Part shown: piece after piece, positions 47,146 to 56,717 of the stretch
Position numbering within the stretch: the stretch's first letter is position 1
Layout: each line of letters opens with the position of its first letter
NCBI GenBank assembly: GCA_035628595.1
Contig: DASPJN010000254.1
Location: 5,611-69,610, forward strand
Direction: 5' to 3'
Source: Chryseosolibacter sp.
GTDB lineage: Bacteria > Bacteroidota > Bacteroidia > Cytophagales > Cyclobacteriaceae
DNA length: 64,000 bases
The notes under the pieces: generated by a model
What the model saw: only the letters and a program-made list of their open reading frames with translations
Databases searched by the model: none
Told to the model about the DNA's origin: nothing
Translations under genes and position numbers: made by a program

Positions 47146-48405
47146 TTATTTCTTGCGTCTTTTACGGTCATGGAATGCACCCTGAAAGGTAGGGTCTTCT
47201 TTTCGTTTCTGCCAATCAATTTCACGGGCCATATCCTGTGCCTCCTCGAAAGGTGTCTCATCAACATGAATTTGCCCCGGCAACTGTTTTACCGGGATCT
47301 TTTCGCGAATCAGGTCTTGAATTTTTCCTATGTGATAAAGCTCTGCCGGCGTAGCGAACGTGATGGCTTTGCCTTCCTGAAATGCACGCCCTGTCCTGCC
47401 AATCCTGTGAACGTAATCCTCATACAAGATCGGAACGTCGAAATTGATCACGTGCGAAACTTTTGTAACATCGATGCCGCGCGCGGTAACATCAGTTGAC
47501 ACTAAGATCCTCAGTTTTCCCTCTTTGAATTCATTTACGGCATTGATCCTTGGATTCTGTCCTTTATTGGAATGGATGACACGCGCGGGGCCAATATTCT
47601 TTCGCTCAAGATATTTGAAGACATTGTCAGCAACCTCTTTTGTTCGCGTAAAGATCATTACACGATTAAATGTATCTTCCTGGAGAAGGAGGTGTTCGAG
47701 AAAGTTGATTTTTGTTCGCAGGTTCGGAATTTCATAGAGCTCCTGCTCCACAAGCTTTGCCGTAGTGGCAGGAGGGCTTACTTCTATCCGCACAGGAAAT
47801 TCAAGAAATTCTTGTGAAAGTCTTTCAACCCGCGCATTGAATGTGGCGGAGAAAAGGAGGTTCTGTCGTTTCGAAGGAATCACCTCGAAAATTTTGCGAA
47901 GTTGTGGCATAAAGCCCATATCCATTATGCGATCCGCTTCATCAAGGACTAGATATTTTATCTGTTTCGTCTTCAACTCGCCCTTCAGATACAATTCCAT
48001 GAAGCGTCCCGGTGTCGCGACAATAATGTCAACGCCGTTATTTAATGTTTCAATCTGAGCTTTTGTTCCAACTCCGCCGTAAAGACAAACCGTTCGTATA
48101 TCAGTGTATTTGCCGAGCATGGAGATGTGCTGGTGGATTTGGAGCGTAAGTTCCTTCGTAGGTCCGAGAATGACGGCGCGTGGGTCAGTGCCCTGCGCAT
48201 ATTTGATCTTCATTAATAACGGTAGCAAATACGCCGCTGTTTTGCCTGTGCCTGTTTGGGCGATGCCAATGATTTCCTGTCCGCCGATAATGAGAGGAAT
48301 TGCTTTCTCCTGGATCTCGGTCGGCCCCGAAAACCCCGCTTCCTGTACTGCATTCAACAATTGCTTGTTGAGATTAAAACTTTCGAAGGAATGTTCGGCT
48401 GGCAC
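47146..48405 (-). CDS. DEAD-box ATP-dependent RNA helicase (RhlE-like)
   Basis: Q motif, AQTGTGKT, DEAD, SAT and HRIGRTGR, with a basic C-terminal tail. Confidence 0.9.
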   Translation of the reverse strand: MPAEHSFESFNLNKQLLNAVQEAGFSGPTEIQEKAIPLIIGGQEIIGIAQTGTGKTAAYLLPLLMKIKYAQGTDPRAVILGPTKELTLQIHQHISMLGKYTDIRTVCLYGGVGTKAQIETLNNGVDIIVATPGRFMELYLKGELKTKQIKYLVLDEADRIMDMGFMPQLRKIFEVIPSKRQNLLFSATFNARVERLSQEFLEFPVRIEVSPPATTAKLVEQELYEIPNLRTKINFLEHLLLQEDTFNRVMIFTRTKEVADNVFKYLERKNIGPARVIHSNKGQNPRINAVNEFKEGKLRILVSTDVTARGIDVTKVSHVINFDVPILYEDYVHRIGRTGRAFQEGKAITFATPAELYHIGKIQDLIREKIPVKQLPGQIHVDETPFEEAQDMAREIDWQKRKEDPTFQGAFHDRKRRKK

Positions 48406-48426
48406 TTAAATTCTATTTTTACACTG

Positions 48427-49767
48427 ATGAAAACGACACTGGTAACAAACGTAAATATAGTCAACGAAGGCAAGGTCTTTCAGGGTGATTTGCTGATTAA
48501 GGGAGAATTCATTGATCGTATCGGTGGTGATTTAAGTTCCGTAAATGCAGATCAGATCATCGACGGAAAAGGAAAATACCTGTTACCAGGAGCGATCGAT
48601 GATCAGGTTCACTTCCGGGAGCCGGGCTTAACGCATAAGGCAAACATTTCTTCTGAGTCGAGAGCTGCCGTGGCGGGCGGTGTTACGTCGTTCATGGAAA
48701 TGCCAAATACGAACCCGCCAACTTTTACGCACACATTGCTTGAAGAAAAGTACAAGATTGCCGGCTTGACTTCACTTGCAAACTATTCGTTTTACATTGG
48801 CGCGTCCAATGACAACCTTGAGGAAGTTTTGCGCACAGATCTTTCAAAGGTATGTGGGCTGAAAATATTCATGGGTTCTTCTACGGGCAACCTGCTGGTG
48901 GACAATGAACATGCACTCGAAGGTTTTTTTTCCGGTTTTCCCGGGTTAATTGCAACACATTGCGAAGACGAATCGACAATAAAAGCCAACGCTGAAGATT
49001 TCCGTCAGCGATTTGGTGAAAATGTTCCCATCAAATTCCATCCAGCGATAAGAAGCGCAGAAGCCTGTTATCTCTCATCTTCTTTCGCGATTAGTCTTGC
49101 CCGGAAACATGGAACGCGGCTTCATATTCTTCACATCAGCACCGAAAAGGAAACAGATTTATTTGATAACACAATCCCGCTGAAGGAAAAGAAAATCACC
49201 GCCGAGGCTTGCGTTCATCATTTGTGGTTCAATGACAATGACTATGAGCGATTGGGATCTTTGATTAAATGGAATCCCGCTGTGAAAACAAGCAACGATC
49301 AAATGGCTATTCTGCGTGCGTTACTGAATGATCAAATAGATGTCATTGCCACTGACCATGCTCCTCATACATGGGAGGAGAAACAAAATTCGTATTTCAA
49401 AGCACCATCAGGCGGACCGTTAGTACAGCATAGTGTCGTGGCGATGCTTGAACTATACCACCAGGGCCTTATTCCAATTGAGACAGTTGTTCAGAAAATG
49501 AGTCACAACGTGGCGATTCTTTATCGTATTCAGCAACGCGGGTTTATTCGTGAAGGCTATTATGCCGACCTGGTATTGGTTGATATTAATAATCCGTGGA
49601 CGGTGAACAAAAGCAACATTCTGGCGAAATGTGGTTGGTCTCCTTTCGAAGGGACAACATTTAAATCGCTCGTCGATAAAACGTGGGTTTCCGGCCATCT
49701 TGCTTATAGTGATGGCAAGGTGAACGACAGTAGAACTGGCCACAGACTTCTTTTTAACCGGGATTAA
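48427..49767 (+). CDS. pyrC: Dihydroorotase (long, allantoinase-like amidohydrolase type)
   Basis: Start set at MKTTLVTNVNIVNEG. GAIDDQVHFREPG and ATDHAPH motifs. Confidence 0.8.
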   Translation: MKTTLVTNVNIVNEGKVFQGDLLIKGEFIDRIGGDLSSVNADQIIDGKGKYLLPGAIDDQVHFREPGLTHKANISSESRAAVAGGVTSFMEMPNTNPPTFTHTLLEEKYKIAGLTSLANYSFYIGASNDNLEEVLRTDLSKVCGLKIFMGSSTGNLLVDNEHALEGFFSGFPGLIATHCEDESTIKANAEDFRQRFGENVPIKFHPAIRSAEACYLSSSFAISLARKHGTRLHILHISTEKETDLFDNTIPLKEKKITAEACVHHLWFNDNDYERLGSLIKWNPAVKTSNDQMAILRALLNDQIDVIATDHAPHTWEEKQNSYFKAPSGGPLVQHSVVAMLELYHQGLIPIETVVQKMSHNVAILYRIQQRGFIREGYYADLVLVDINNPWTVNKSNILAKCGWSPFEGTTFKSLVDKTWVSGHLAYSDGKVNDSRTGHRLLFNRD

Positions 49768-49779
49768 TTCCAATGCTTT

Positions 49780-49810
49780 TTTGTTAATTTGAACTAGCTA
49801 TCTAAATTTG
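49780..49810 (+). promoter_or_regulatory. Consensus Bacteroidota sigma-A promoter for tRNA-His
   Basis: TTTG (49780-49783), 19 nt spacer, TAAATTTG (49803-49810). The tRNA begins 11 nt downstream. Confidence 0.55.
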
Positions 49811-49821
49811 TAGCCTCATAC

Positions 49822-49896
49822 GGTGGATGTAGCTCAGTTGGTTAGAGCACCAGATTGTGATTCTGGGGGTCGCGGGTTCGAGTCCCGTCTTTCACC
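49822..49896 (+). tRNA. tRNA-His (anticodon GTG)
   Basis: Cloverleaf folded by eye. G-1 (49822) lies opposite discriminator C73. Acceptor GTGGATG/CTTTCAC has one U-U mismatch and one G-U pair. D arm GCTC-AGTTGGTTA-GAGC. Anticodon arm CCAGA-TTGTGAT-TCTGG. T arm GCGGG-TTCGAGT-CCCGT. CCA is not encoded. Confidence 0.85.
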
Positions 49897-49901
49897 CACC
49901 C

Positions 49902-49928
49902 AAAAGGCTGCTTCATTCAGCCTTTTTT
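49902..49928 (+). terminator. Rho-independent terminator after tRNA-His
   Basis: AAAAGGCTG-cttcatt-CAGCCTTTT hairpin running into a T6 tract. Confidence 0.65.
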
Positions 49929-50046
49929 ATTTCCTTTCCACTCCACTTTAATCACAACTGCACCCAATTGATCGTTAACTTTATAATCAGACGAAGCTAT
50001 AAACGATGTGTTGTATGCAGGCTCGATTTTTTGATCTGGAGGTGTT

Positions 50047-50316
50047 ATGATTGCATGGAGAGAATTTAACAAAATGTCGCTCGACAAGAAAGTGAGTGTA
50101 CTGTATCGGAACGGTACCTTCATTATGTCCATCCGTTACTACGAATACAAGGTGAATCTGTATCTTCTCGGTAATTTTTATGTGGAAGTATTTGTCAACC
50201 ACAAGCAGTCGTCGGTTGAGAAAATCGTTTTACTTGATACTAATCACTCACGGATGAAATTTTATTCCGATCAGATCAGGCTTCCCTTTGAGATTTATCA
50301 GAATGGTATAAAATGA
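50047..50316 (+). CDS. Small hypothetical protein
   Basis: 89-aa ORF preceded by GGAGGTG (50038-50044). No motif recognised. By eye it is slightly more AT-rich than its neighbours. Confidence 0.45.
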   Translation: MIAWREFNKMSLDKKVSVLYRNGTFIMSIRYYEYKVNLYLLGNFYVEVFVNHKQSSVEKIVLLDTNHSRMKFYSDQIRLPFEIYQNGIK

Positions 50317-50342
50317 AAAAACCCCGAACATTGTCCGGGGCT
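50316..50342 (-). terminator. Terminator for the convergent minus-strand membrane protein gene
   Basis: CCCCG (50322-50326) pairs with CGGGG (50336-50340). Read on the minus strand the hairpin is followed by TTTTTT. Confidence 0.5.
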
Positions 50343-50364
50343 CATTCTTAATATATCAAATGTC

Positions 50365-51102
50365 TCACGCAGTTGCAGCAGTAGATTCTTCGAATTTTTG
50401 TGACATTCTAAGTGTCACATTTTTCTTCGCCTTGAATCCGCAATATCCGCATAGGTAGTGTTTCATAAGCTCGCCTTCTTCTGTCGTTGTAGGCGTTTTG
50501 AGGATTTCCTCACGTGTTACCTTGAATGTTTGATAATTACACTCAGGGCACTGTAATGCATGTAAGTGGCCAGAGTATTTTTCAATCTTAACATAGCCGG
50601 TTTCTTCATCTTTCCACACGTCGTAGTCGATTGAGAACACGTTTTCTTCCGCCTGCATACCTTCATCCAGGTAAGAATCTTCTTCTTCTTCGCTAAGAAG
50701 CTTCATCGGCTTACCTGTTTTAGGAGAAACCCGCGGCTTATATCGCAATGCTTTAAGTCTCTTTTCGATAAAGAATGGGTAGTAGAATTTTAACAGGTTC
50801 TGAACGATTAAGGCAACGATCATACCCATTGAAGCAGTCGTAAACAAGCGAACGAAAATCCAGAGAGGAGTAAACTCTGTCACATTAGAGTTGGCGAAAA
50901 AGCAACATCCGGTAATCAAAATAATCGAAGCAATCCAAAGATTTCGGATTTCGGTTCTGTTAATGAAGTCGTACTTCGTTTTTGCATCATTCATGGTCGA
51001 AAGCCTAACTACGTGACCGATAACGATCAACACTGCGATCGCCCAAGTTCCATAGGCAATGTTCTTTGCCATTTCATTCCAAGCTGCGTAATCCTGTTCC
51101 AT
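50365..51102 (-). CDS. Hypothetical membrane protein with C-terminal four-Cys zinc-ribbon-like domain
   Basis: Three or four TM helices in the N-terminal 110 aa, an acidic linker (EEEEDSYLDEG), then CPECNYQ...17 aa...CGYCGF. Confidence 0.55.
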   Translation of the reverse strand: MEQDYAAWNEMAKNIAYGTWAIAVLIVIGHVVRLSTMNDAKTKYDFINRTEIRNLWIASIILITGCCFFANSNVTEFTPLWIFVRLFTTASMGMIVALIVQNLLKFYYPFFIEKRLKALRYKPRVSPKTGKPMKLLSEEEEDSYLDEGMQAEENVFSIDYDVWKDEETGYVKIEKYSGHLHALQCPECNYQTFKVTREEILKTPTTTEEGELMKHYLCGYCGFKAKKNVTLRMSQKFEESTAATA

Positions 51103-51142
51103 GGTATGGGGTTGGTTTTATTATTTTTTACACTCCAGTTTA

Positions 51143-51150
51143 CAAATATA
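51143..51150 (-). promoter_or_regulatory. Candidate -7 promoter box for the 50365-51102 gene
   Basis: The minus strand reads TATATTTG (TAnnTTTG), 40 nt upstream of the ATG at 51102. Confidence 0.3.
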
Positions 51151-51293
51151 AAGTTCCCTGACAAATTTCCATAACTATCAACGCTCGTGAAATCCGATAG
51201 GGATCACAAATTAGTGATTTCCTAAACAAAAATGCTAAAATTTCTAATTAGGTGGATAGCCCGCCTGACAAATAAATTTCTCTATACGGTCGG

Positions 51294-52049
51294 TTACTTT
51301 ACCAGAATAAAGTTCCGGATTGCCTGCGCAGTTTCGGAGGGGCTTTCAATCATTCCCATGTGGCCTGTACCAGCCAACATCTGAAGTTGAATATTGGCCG
51401 ATATGGATACGAGTTTCCGGAGACTTTCCGGGTTGATAACTGAATCATTTTCGCCGCCGATCACCAGCACGGGCTTATCAAGATTCTTCAATAAATCCGA
51501 CCGGTCCGGCCTGTCTCTCATTGCCTGCGTGTAGCCTGTCACGGAAGAAGCCGAAGCGCTTAATGCGATGTCTCTCATCTCGGCAATCTCATTATCGTCC
51601 GGGCGGGCAAAAAGTGGGCTGACAAAATTTGATGTGAACTCAGTGACACCATGCTCCCCGATAAACTTTATGACTTTGTTCCGGCTCTCCTTTTTCACTG
51701 GAGTGTCGGCGTAGGCAGTCGAATGAAGAAGTATTAAACGCTCAACTGCATTCGGGCGAAGCGCGGCAATTGCTAGCGCCACATAGCCACCAAGTGAATG
51801 CCCGAGAAAAGTTGCAGAGACAATCCCGTGCGTTCCGAGTGAATCGAGCACCTTTTTAGCTACATCATCAATGGAAAATCCCGACGGTAGTTCAGGACTT
51901 GATCCAAATCCCGGAAGGTCGAGTGTAATAACTGTGAAATCCTTTATTAAAAGCTCAGAAATCGGCTCCCATATCATCGCGTTTAGCGGGAACCCATGGA
52001 TGAGAACCACGGAGGGTCCTTTTCCCCGCACATTGACTTGAAGGTCCAT
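51294..52049 (-). CDS. Alpha/beta hydrolase fold protein
   Basis: HGFP oxyanion motif, GHSLGG nucleophile elbow and a C-terminal GH. The ATG overlaps the dxs stop by 1 nt. Confidence 0.8.
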   Translation of the reverse strand: MDLQVNVRGKGPSVVLIHGFPLNAMIWEPISELLIKDFTVITLDLPGFGSSPELPSGFSIDDVAKKVLDSLGTHGIVSATFLGHSLGGYVALAIAALRPNAVERLILLHSTAYADTPVKKESRNKVIKFIGEHGVTEFTSNFVSPLFARPDDNEIAEMRDIALSASASSVTGYTQAMRDRPDRSDLLKNLDKPVLVIGGENDSVINPESLRKLVSISANIQLQMLAGTGHMGMIESPSETAQAIRNFILVK

Positions 52050-53971
52050 TATCGGGATCTCACGGGCTCGAGCATTTCAACGACTGCCTTTTCAATTCCT
52101 TCCGGATCGAACCCACACTCCTGGTGTAGCTCAATTTGTTCACCGTGCTCTACAATCCTGTCCGGAATTCCCAGACGTCTGACTTGTGCATGATAGCCGT
52201 TGTCGGACATAAACTCAAGTATAGCACTGCCGAAGCCACCTTGGATACATCCATCCTCGATGGTAACAATTTTAGTGAATGTTGAAAATATTTCGTGCAG
52301 CAATTGTTCGTCAAGCGGTTTTGCAAAGCGCATGTCAAAATGGGCAACATCAATTCCTTTTTCGAGAAGGCGCGCACAGGCCTGAACGGCATAATTTCCA
52401 ATATGTCCGATGGAAAGGATCGCCAGCTCTTCGCCGTCTTTTATTTTTCGTCCGGTTCCGATTGTTATTTCCTCCATTGGCGTGCGCCACGTTGAAAGAA
52501 CGCCCTGGCCTCTCGGATATCGGATTGAGAATGCCTGTCCTTTTCGTGGCAGTTGAGCGGTAAACATTAAGTCTCTCAACTGCGATTCATCCATAGGTGC
52601 TGCGATGATCATATTTGGAATGCAGCGAAAATAGGCGATGTCATAGGCGCCGTGATGCGTTGGGCCATCCGCCCCGGCGAATCCAGCTCTGTCAAGACAA
52701 AAATTTACTGGCAGGTTCTGGATACACACGTCGTGAATCACCTGGTCATACGCGCGTTGCATGAATGAGCTATAGATATTGCAGAAGGGGATAAGTCCTT
52801 GCGTTGCCAGACCTGCGGAGAATGTAACGGCATGCTGTTCGGCGATACCAACGTCAAATGCGCGGTCGGGCATCTCCTTCATCATGATGTTCATGGATGA
52901 ACCTGACGGCATTGCGGGTGTAATGCCCACGATATTCGGATTAGCTTTAGCAAGTTCAACAAGCGTGTGACCGAACACGTCCTGATATTTTGGTGGCTGC
53001 GGTTTCTCGTGAACTTTCTTGTGAATTTCGCCTGTAATTTTGTCGAATGTGCCAGGCGCATGCCAGGTGGTTGCATTTCCTTTTTCGGCCGGGCCAAATC
53101 CCTTGCCCTTTACGGTAACACAATGCAGAATCTTAGGACCTTTAATATTTTTCAGATCGTTCAGCACCGTCACCAGGTGATCAAGATCGTGTCCGTCAAC
53201 CGGTCCAAAGTATCTTAGATTTAAGGATTCAAAGAAATTGCTTTGGCTCAGTAAAGTAGTTTTGATACCACTTTCAAGCTTCGAAACAATTTCCTGCGCG
53301 CTCTTTCCAAAATTTGAAAGTTTGCCTAACAATTTCCAGACATCATCCTTAAGCTTATTGTACGTGCGTGATGTTGTGATATCAGTAAGATAATCCTTCA
53401 GGGCGCCGACATTCGGATCAATCGACATGCAGTTGTCATTGAGAATGATCAGGATGTTTGTGTCAGAAACGCCGGCGTGATTAAGACCTTCGAACGCGAT
53501 GCCTCCTGTTAAAGCGCCATCGCCAATCACTGCGATGTGTTGTTTGTCTTTTTGATCGAGGTAGTTGGAAGCAACCGCCATTCCAAGGGCAGCAGAAACA
53601 GAGGTCGATGAATGTCCGACACCGAACGCATCAAATTCGCTTTCTTTTATTTTCGGAAAACCCGAAAGTCCGCCATACAGACGGTTCGAATGAAAGTTGT
53701 CTCTCCTGCCGGTTAAAATTTTATGACCATATGCCTGGTGCCCGACGTCCCAAATGAGTTGATCATACGGTGTGTTGAATACATAGTGCAACGCGACTGT
53801 GAGTTCCACAACGCCGAGACTCGCGCCGAAATGGCCACCATATACCGACACGTTATCAATGATAAATTGTCGCAATTCGTCAGACAATTGCACCAGTTCT
53901 GCTTTCTCCAGCTTTTTAAGATCAGCCGGTGAGTTAATTTGTGAAAGCAGCTTTCCGGGAGTAATGAGCAT
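52049..53971 (-). CDS. dxs: 1-deoxy-D-xylulose-5-phosphate synthase
   Basis: GGHFGASLGVVELTVALH, GHQAYGHKILTGR, GHSSTSVSAALG, IGDGALTGG and the transketolase C-terminal domains. Confidence 0.95.
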   Translation of the reverse strand: MLITPGKLLSQINSPADLKKLEKAELVQLSDELRQFIIDNVSVYGGHFGASLGVVELTVALHYVFNTPYDQLIWDVGHQAYGHKILTGRRDNFHSNRLYGGLSGFPKIKESEFDAFGVGHSSTSVSAALGMAVASNYLDQKDKQHIAVIGDGALTGGIAFEGLNHAGVSDTNILIILNDNCMSIDPNVGALKDYLTDITTSRTYNKLKDDVWKLLGKLSNFGKSAQEIVSKLESGIKTTLLSQSNFFESLNLRYFGPVDGHDLDHLVTVLNDLKNIKGPKILHCVTVKGKGFGPAEKGNATTWHAPGTFDKITGEIHKKVHEKPQPPKYQDVFGHTLVELAKANPNIVGITPAMPSGSSMNIMMKEMPDRAFDVGIAEQHAVTFSAGLATQGLIPFCNIYSSFMQRAYDQVIHDVCIQNLPVNFCLDRAGFAGADGPTHHGAYDIAYFRCIPNMIIAAPMDESQLRDLMFTAQLPRKGQAFSIRYPRGQGVLSTWRTPMEEITIGTGRKIKDGEELAILSIGHIGNYAVQACARLLEKGIDVAHFDMRFAKPLDEQLLHEIFSTFTKIVTIEDGCIQGGFGSAILEFMSDNGYHAQVRRLGIPDRIVEHGEQIELHQECGFDPEGIEKAVVEMLEPVRSR

Positions 53972-54125
53972 CTGGATTGGTTTTAACTAATTTAAAAACA
54001 AGTAATTAAGGTAACTGTTCCCGAAATTATGTGCTAAAAATAATGGTTTATGGTATAACTTAGATAATTCAAAGACAATTTCATATTCTGTGAAAATTTT
54101 GAGCCCGACCGTCAGTTTTTTCCGG

Positions 54126-54133
54126 TATTTTTG
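54126..54133 (+). promoter_or_regulatory. Candidate -7 promoter box for scpA
   Basis: TATTTTTG matches TAnnTTTG, 9 nt upstream of the ATG at 54143. Confidence 0.35.
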
Positions 54134-54142
54134 TCCTCCCGT

Positions 54143-54931
54143 ATGACTACACAAGAGAACTTCGAAGTTAAACTTCCCCTGTTTGAAGGGCCGTTTGACT
54201 TGTTACTTTTTTTTATCGAACGTGATGAGCTTGATATCTATGACATTCCGATATCAAAGATCACGAAAGATTTTCTTGATTACATCCACCAGATGGAAAG
54301 GTTGAATATCGAAGTAGCAAGCGAATTTATTCTCGTAGCGGCAACGCTGATGCGGATTAAATCTAAGATGTTGTTGCCGCGGCCTCAGATAGATGAGCAA
54401 GGAAATGAAGTCGATCCGCGAGAAGAACTTGTTAAGCACCTGCTCGAGTACAAGAAATACAAATCAGTTGTCGATACCTTCCAGAAAATGGAGGAATCGG
54501 AATTGATGAAAGAGAAAAGAGGTAACCTAGTTAAAGAACTTCGGTCGCTTGCCGAAAGCACAAATGTCGAAGCCGAACTTCAGGATGTGACCGTCTTTAA
54601 ACTGATGGCTGTTTTCGAAAAAGTCATAAAACGATTTGAGGCCGAAAAAAATAAACCTATCCATCAGGTTATTCAATATCCGTACACGGTTGATGGTCAG
54701 AAGAAATATCTTGTAGAGGAACTAGCCAAAAAACCACGACTTGCATTTACTGAGTTGTTACAGCTGTTCCCTTCGCGTCTTGGGTTGATCTTTAATTTTC
54801 TTGCAATTCTTGAAATGCTTGCGCTGCAACAAATCAGCATCCAGGTGGGTGAAGGTTTTAACAATTTCTGGGTGACAAAGCCCGAAACAACTGAAGCTCA
54901 AGTCCAAATTCAGCCTTCAGAGTTCGATTAA
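54143..54931 (+). CDS. scpA: Segregation and condensation protein A
   Basis: FEGPFDLLLFFIERDELDIYDIPISKIT and LAILEM motifs. ATG at 54143 preferred over the tracked TTG at 54131. Confidence 0.8.
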   Translation: MTTQENFEVKLPLFEGPFDLLLFFIERDELDIYDIPISKITKDFLDYIHQMERLNIEVASEFILVAATLMRIKSKMLLPRPQIDEQGNEVDPREELVKHLLEYKKYKSVVDTFQKMEESELMKEKRGNLVKELRSLAESTNVEAELQDVTVFKLMAVFEKVIKRFEAEKNKPIHQVIQYPYTVDGQKKYLVEELAKKPRLAFTELLQLFPSRLGLIFNFLAILEMLALQQISIQVGEGFNNFWVTKPETTEAQVQIQPSEFD

Positions 54932-54938
54932 TCAATCA

Positions 54939-55901
54939 TCATTTTGGAAAGGCAATTTTGTATGTCTTTCCTTTTCTCACAGTCAGCCGGTCTTCGCGAA
55001 GCCAGGAATTGTGTCGTTTTAAAATTTTGTAATTGGCTCCGTGTTTCTTCGCGAAACTGACAAGATCGGGAATGGTTTCGCTTACCGTTACATATCGGAG
55101 AGGCTCAGTATCATACAAGTGTTCCGTGTTTACTCTAAAGCCATACTTTGCGGGATTGTTGATGATCTCTTTAATCGCGACGATTCTGAAAACGTATCGC
55201 GAGGTTTCATCATTAAGGTACAAGTCGTAATACGAATCAACTTGCTGATCTTCAAGCGCACGTCGCATGCCTGACATTCCGCGGTTATAGGAAGCGGCCA
55301 CGATCGTCCAGTCGTTGAACCTGTTATAAGCTTGCTGCAGATATTTGCAGGCGGCACCTGTTGCTTTCAGCGGGTCATAACGCTCATCGACCTCCTTGGT
55401 GATTTCGAGCCCAAGCTCTTTGCCGCTGCTTTCAAGTATTTGCCAGAATCCTACAGCATCTTTAGGCGAAACAACATTCATGAGATTACTTTCTATTAAT
55501 GGCAGATACTTGAAATCATCCGGGATCCCGTTGGCGCGCAAAATCTCTTCCATTTGAGGAAGCCAGCGCTTGGCTCGCTTGATCAGAAAGATTGTGTTGC
55601 TATGCCAGTAAATGTTGATCTGGAGTTCTTTGTCAAGGCGTTCGCGCACATCCGGAATATCAAGCGGCATCTTTTGACCTGCGAACGACGCCTGTTCAGG
55701 TATATCAAAAGAGATGGCTGATAGTGGAACCGTTATTTCTTCATCGATGAAGATGTCGCCCGTGTTCTCATCGGATATAACGACGTCACCTTTTTTCTTT
55801 TTAAAAGTACGCGTGTTGTGGCTGAGCTCATTGTAGGCGATATATCCAAACAGCATTACCAGCGCGGCGACCGACAAAAAATTGGAAAGTTCTTTCATCA
55901 A
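54939..55901 (-). CDS. Lytic transglycosylase domain-containing protein (MltD/SLT-like), membrane anchored
   Basis: N-terminal TM helix. ESNLMNVVSPKDAVGFWQI (catalytic Glu context) and AASYNRG motif. Confidence 0.75.
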   Translation of the reverse strand: MMKELSNFLSVAALVMLFGYIAYNELSHNTRTFKKKKGDVVISDENTGDIFIDEEITVPLSAISFDIPEQASFAGQKMPLDIPDVRERLDKELQINIYWHSNTIFLIKRAKRWLPQMEEILRANGIPDDFKYLPLIESNLMNVVSPKDAVGFWQILESSGKELGLEITKEVDERYDPLKATGAACKYLQQAYNRFNDWTIVAASYNRGMSGMRRALEDQQVDSYYDLYLNDETSRYVFRIVAIKEIINNPAKYGFRVNTEHLYDTEPLRYVTVSETIPDLVSFAKKHGANYKILKRHNSWLREDRLTVRKGKTYKIAFPK

Positions 55902-56650
55902 AAGTTGGGAGACAACAGGTACTTCGAGTAGAATTCGTCAATTACTTTTACAGCATCCTCAGGTTTATCAACCACGGTAAAAAGCTCCATGTCGTCGGGG
56001 TTCACCATTCGTTCTGTCACCAGAACTTTCTTGAACCAATCGATTAATCCCTGCCAGTATTTCTTGCCAACAAGCACGATTGGAAAGCGCCCGATCTTTT
56101 TCGTCTGAATGAGTGTCAATGCTTCGCCCAATTCATCAAGGGTGCCAAACCCTCCGGGCATCACAATAAATCCCTGCGAGTATTTTATGAACATCGTTTT
56201 GCGAACGAAGAAGTAGTCAAAGGTGATCAGTTTGTCTTTGTCGATGTAGATGTTGCCCTGTTGCTCAAACGGAAGAAAGATATTTAAGCCGACGGATTTC
56301 CCGCCAGCACGGTGCGCGCCTTTGTTTCCTGCTTCCATGATACCTGGACCACCGCCGGTTATAACGCCGTAGCCATGCTGAACGAGCTTATATGCAATCG
56401 CTTCAGCCATTTTGTAGTACAGATTGCTGGGCTTCGTTCGAGCGGAACCAAAAATTGTAACGCAAGGACCGATCTTGGCCAACTTCTCCATGCCTTCAAC
56501 AAATTCTGACATCACTTTGAAGATCATCCAGCTGTTTGCACCTTTGATCTCTGCCCAGTCCTTGTCTTTGAATGCAGTTCTGATTCTATTTTCTTCCTCA
56601 AGTGCTTCCTTCAGGAGATCCTCTTCCAATTTTTTCTTGCTCGTTCTCAT
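55898..56650 (-). CDS. LOG family (TIGR00730) nucleotide 5'-monophosphate nucleosidase
   Basis: GGGPGIMEAGNKGA and PGGFGTLDE motifs. Confidence 0.85.
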   Translation of the reverse strand: MRTSKKKLEEDLLKEALEEENRIRTAFKDKDWAEIKGANSWMIFKVMSEFVEGMEKLAKIGPCVTIFGSARTKPSNLYYKMAEAIAYKLVQHGYGVITGGGPGIMEAGNKGAHRAGGKSVGLNIFLPFEQQGNIYIDKDKLITFDYFFVRKTMFIKYSQGFIVMPGGFGTLDELGEALTLIQTKKIGRFPIVLVGKKYWQGLIDWFKKVLVTERMVNPDDMELFTVVDKPEDAVKVIDEFYSKYLLSPNF

Positions 56651-56717
56651 AGTTAATGAATTGCCAATATAGGCAAACGTAAATAGTTAAAGGAAGCTGA
56701 ATGTTGGTGGGCTAAAA

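Noticed and set aside
49897-51293. Possible integrated element next to tRNA-His, since tRNA genes are integration hot spots.
   Set aside because: There is no integrase, excisionase or transposase, no direct repeat of the tRNA 3' end, and only two small or unknown genes before ordinary housekeeping genes resume.
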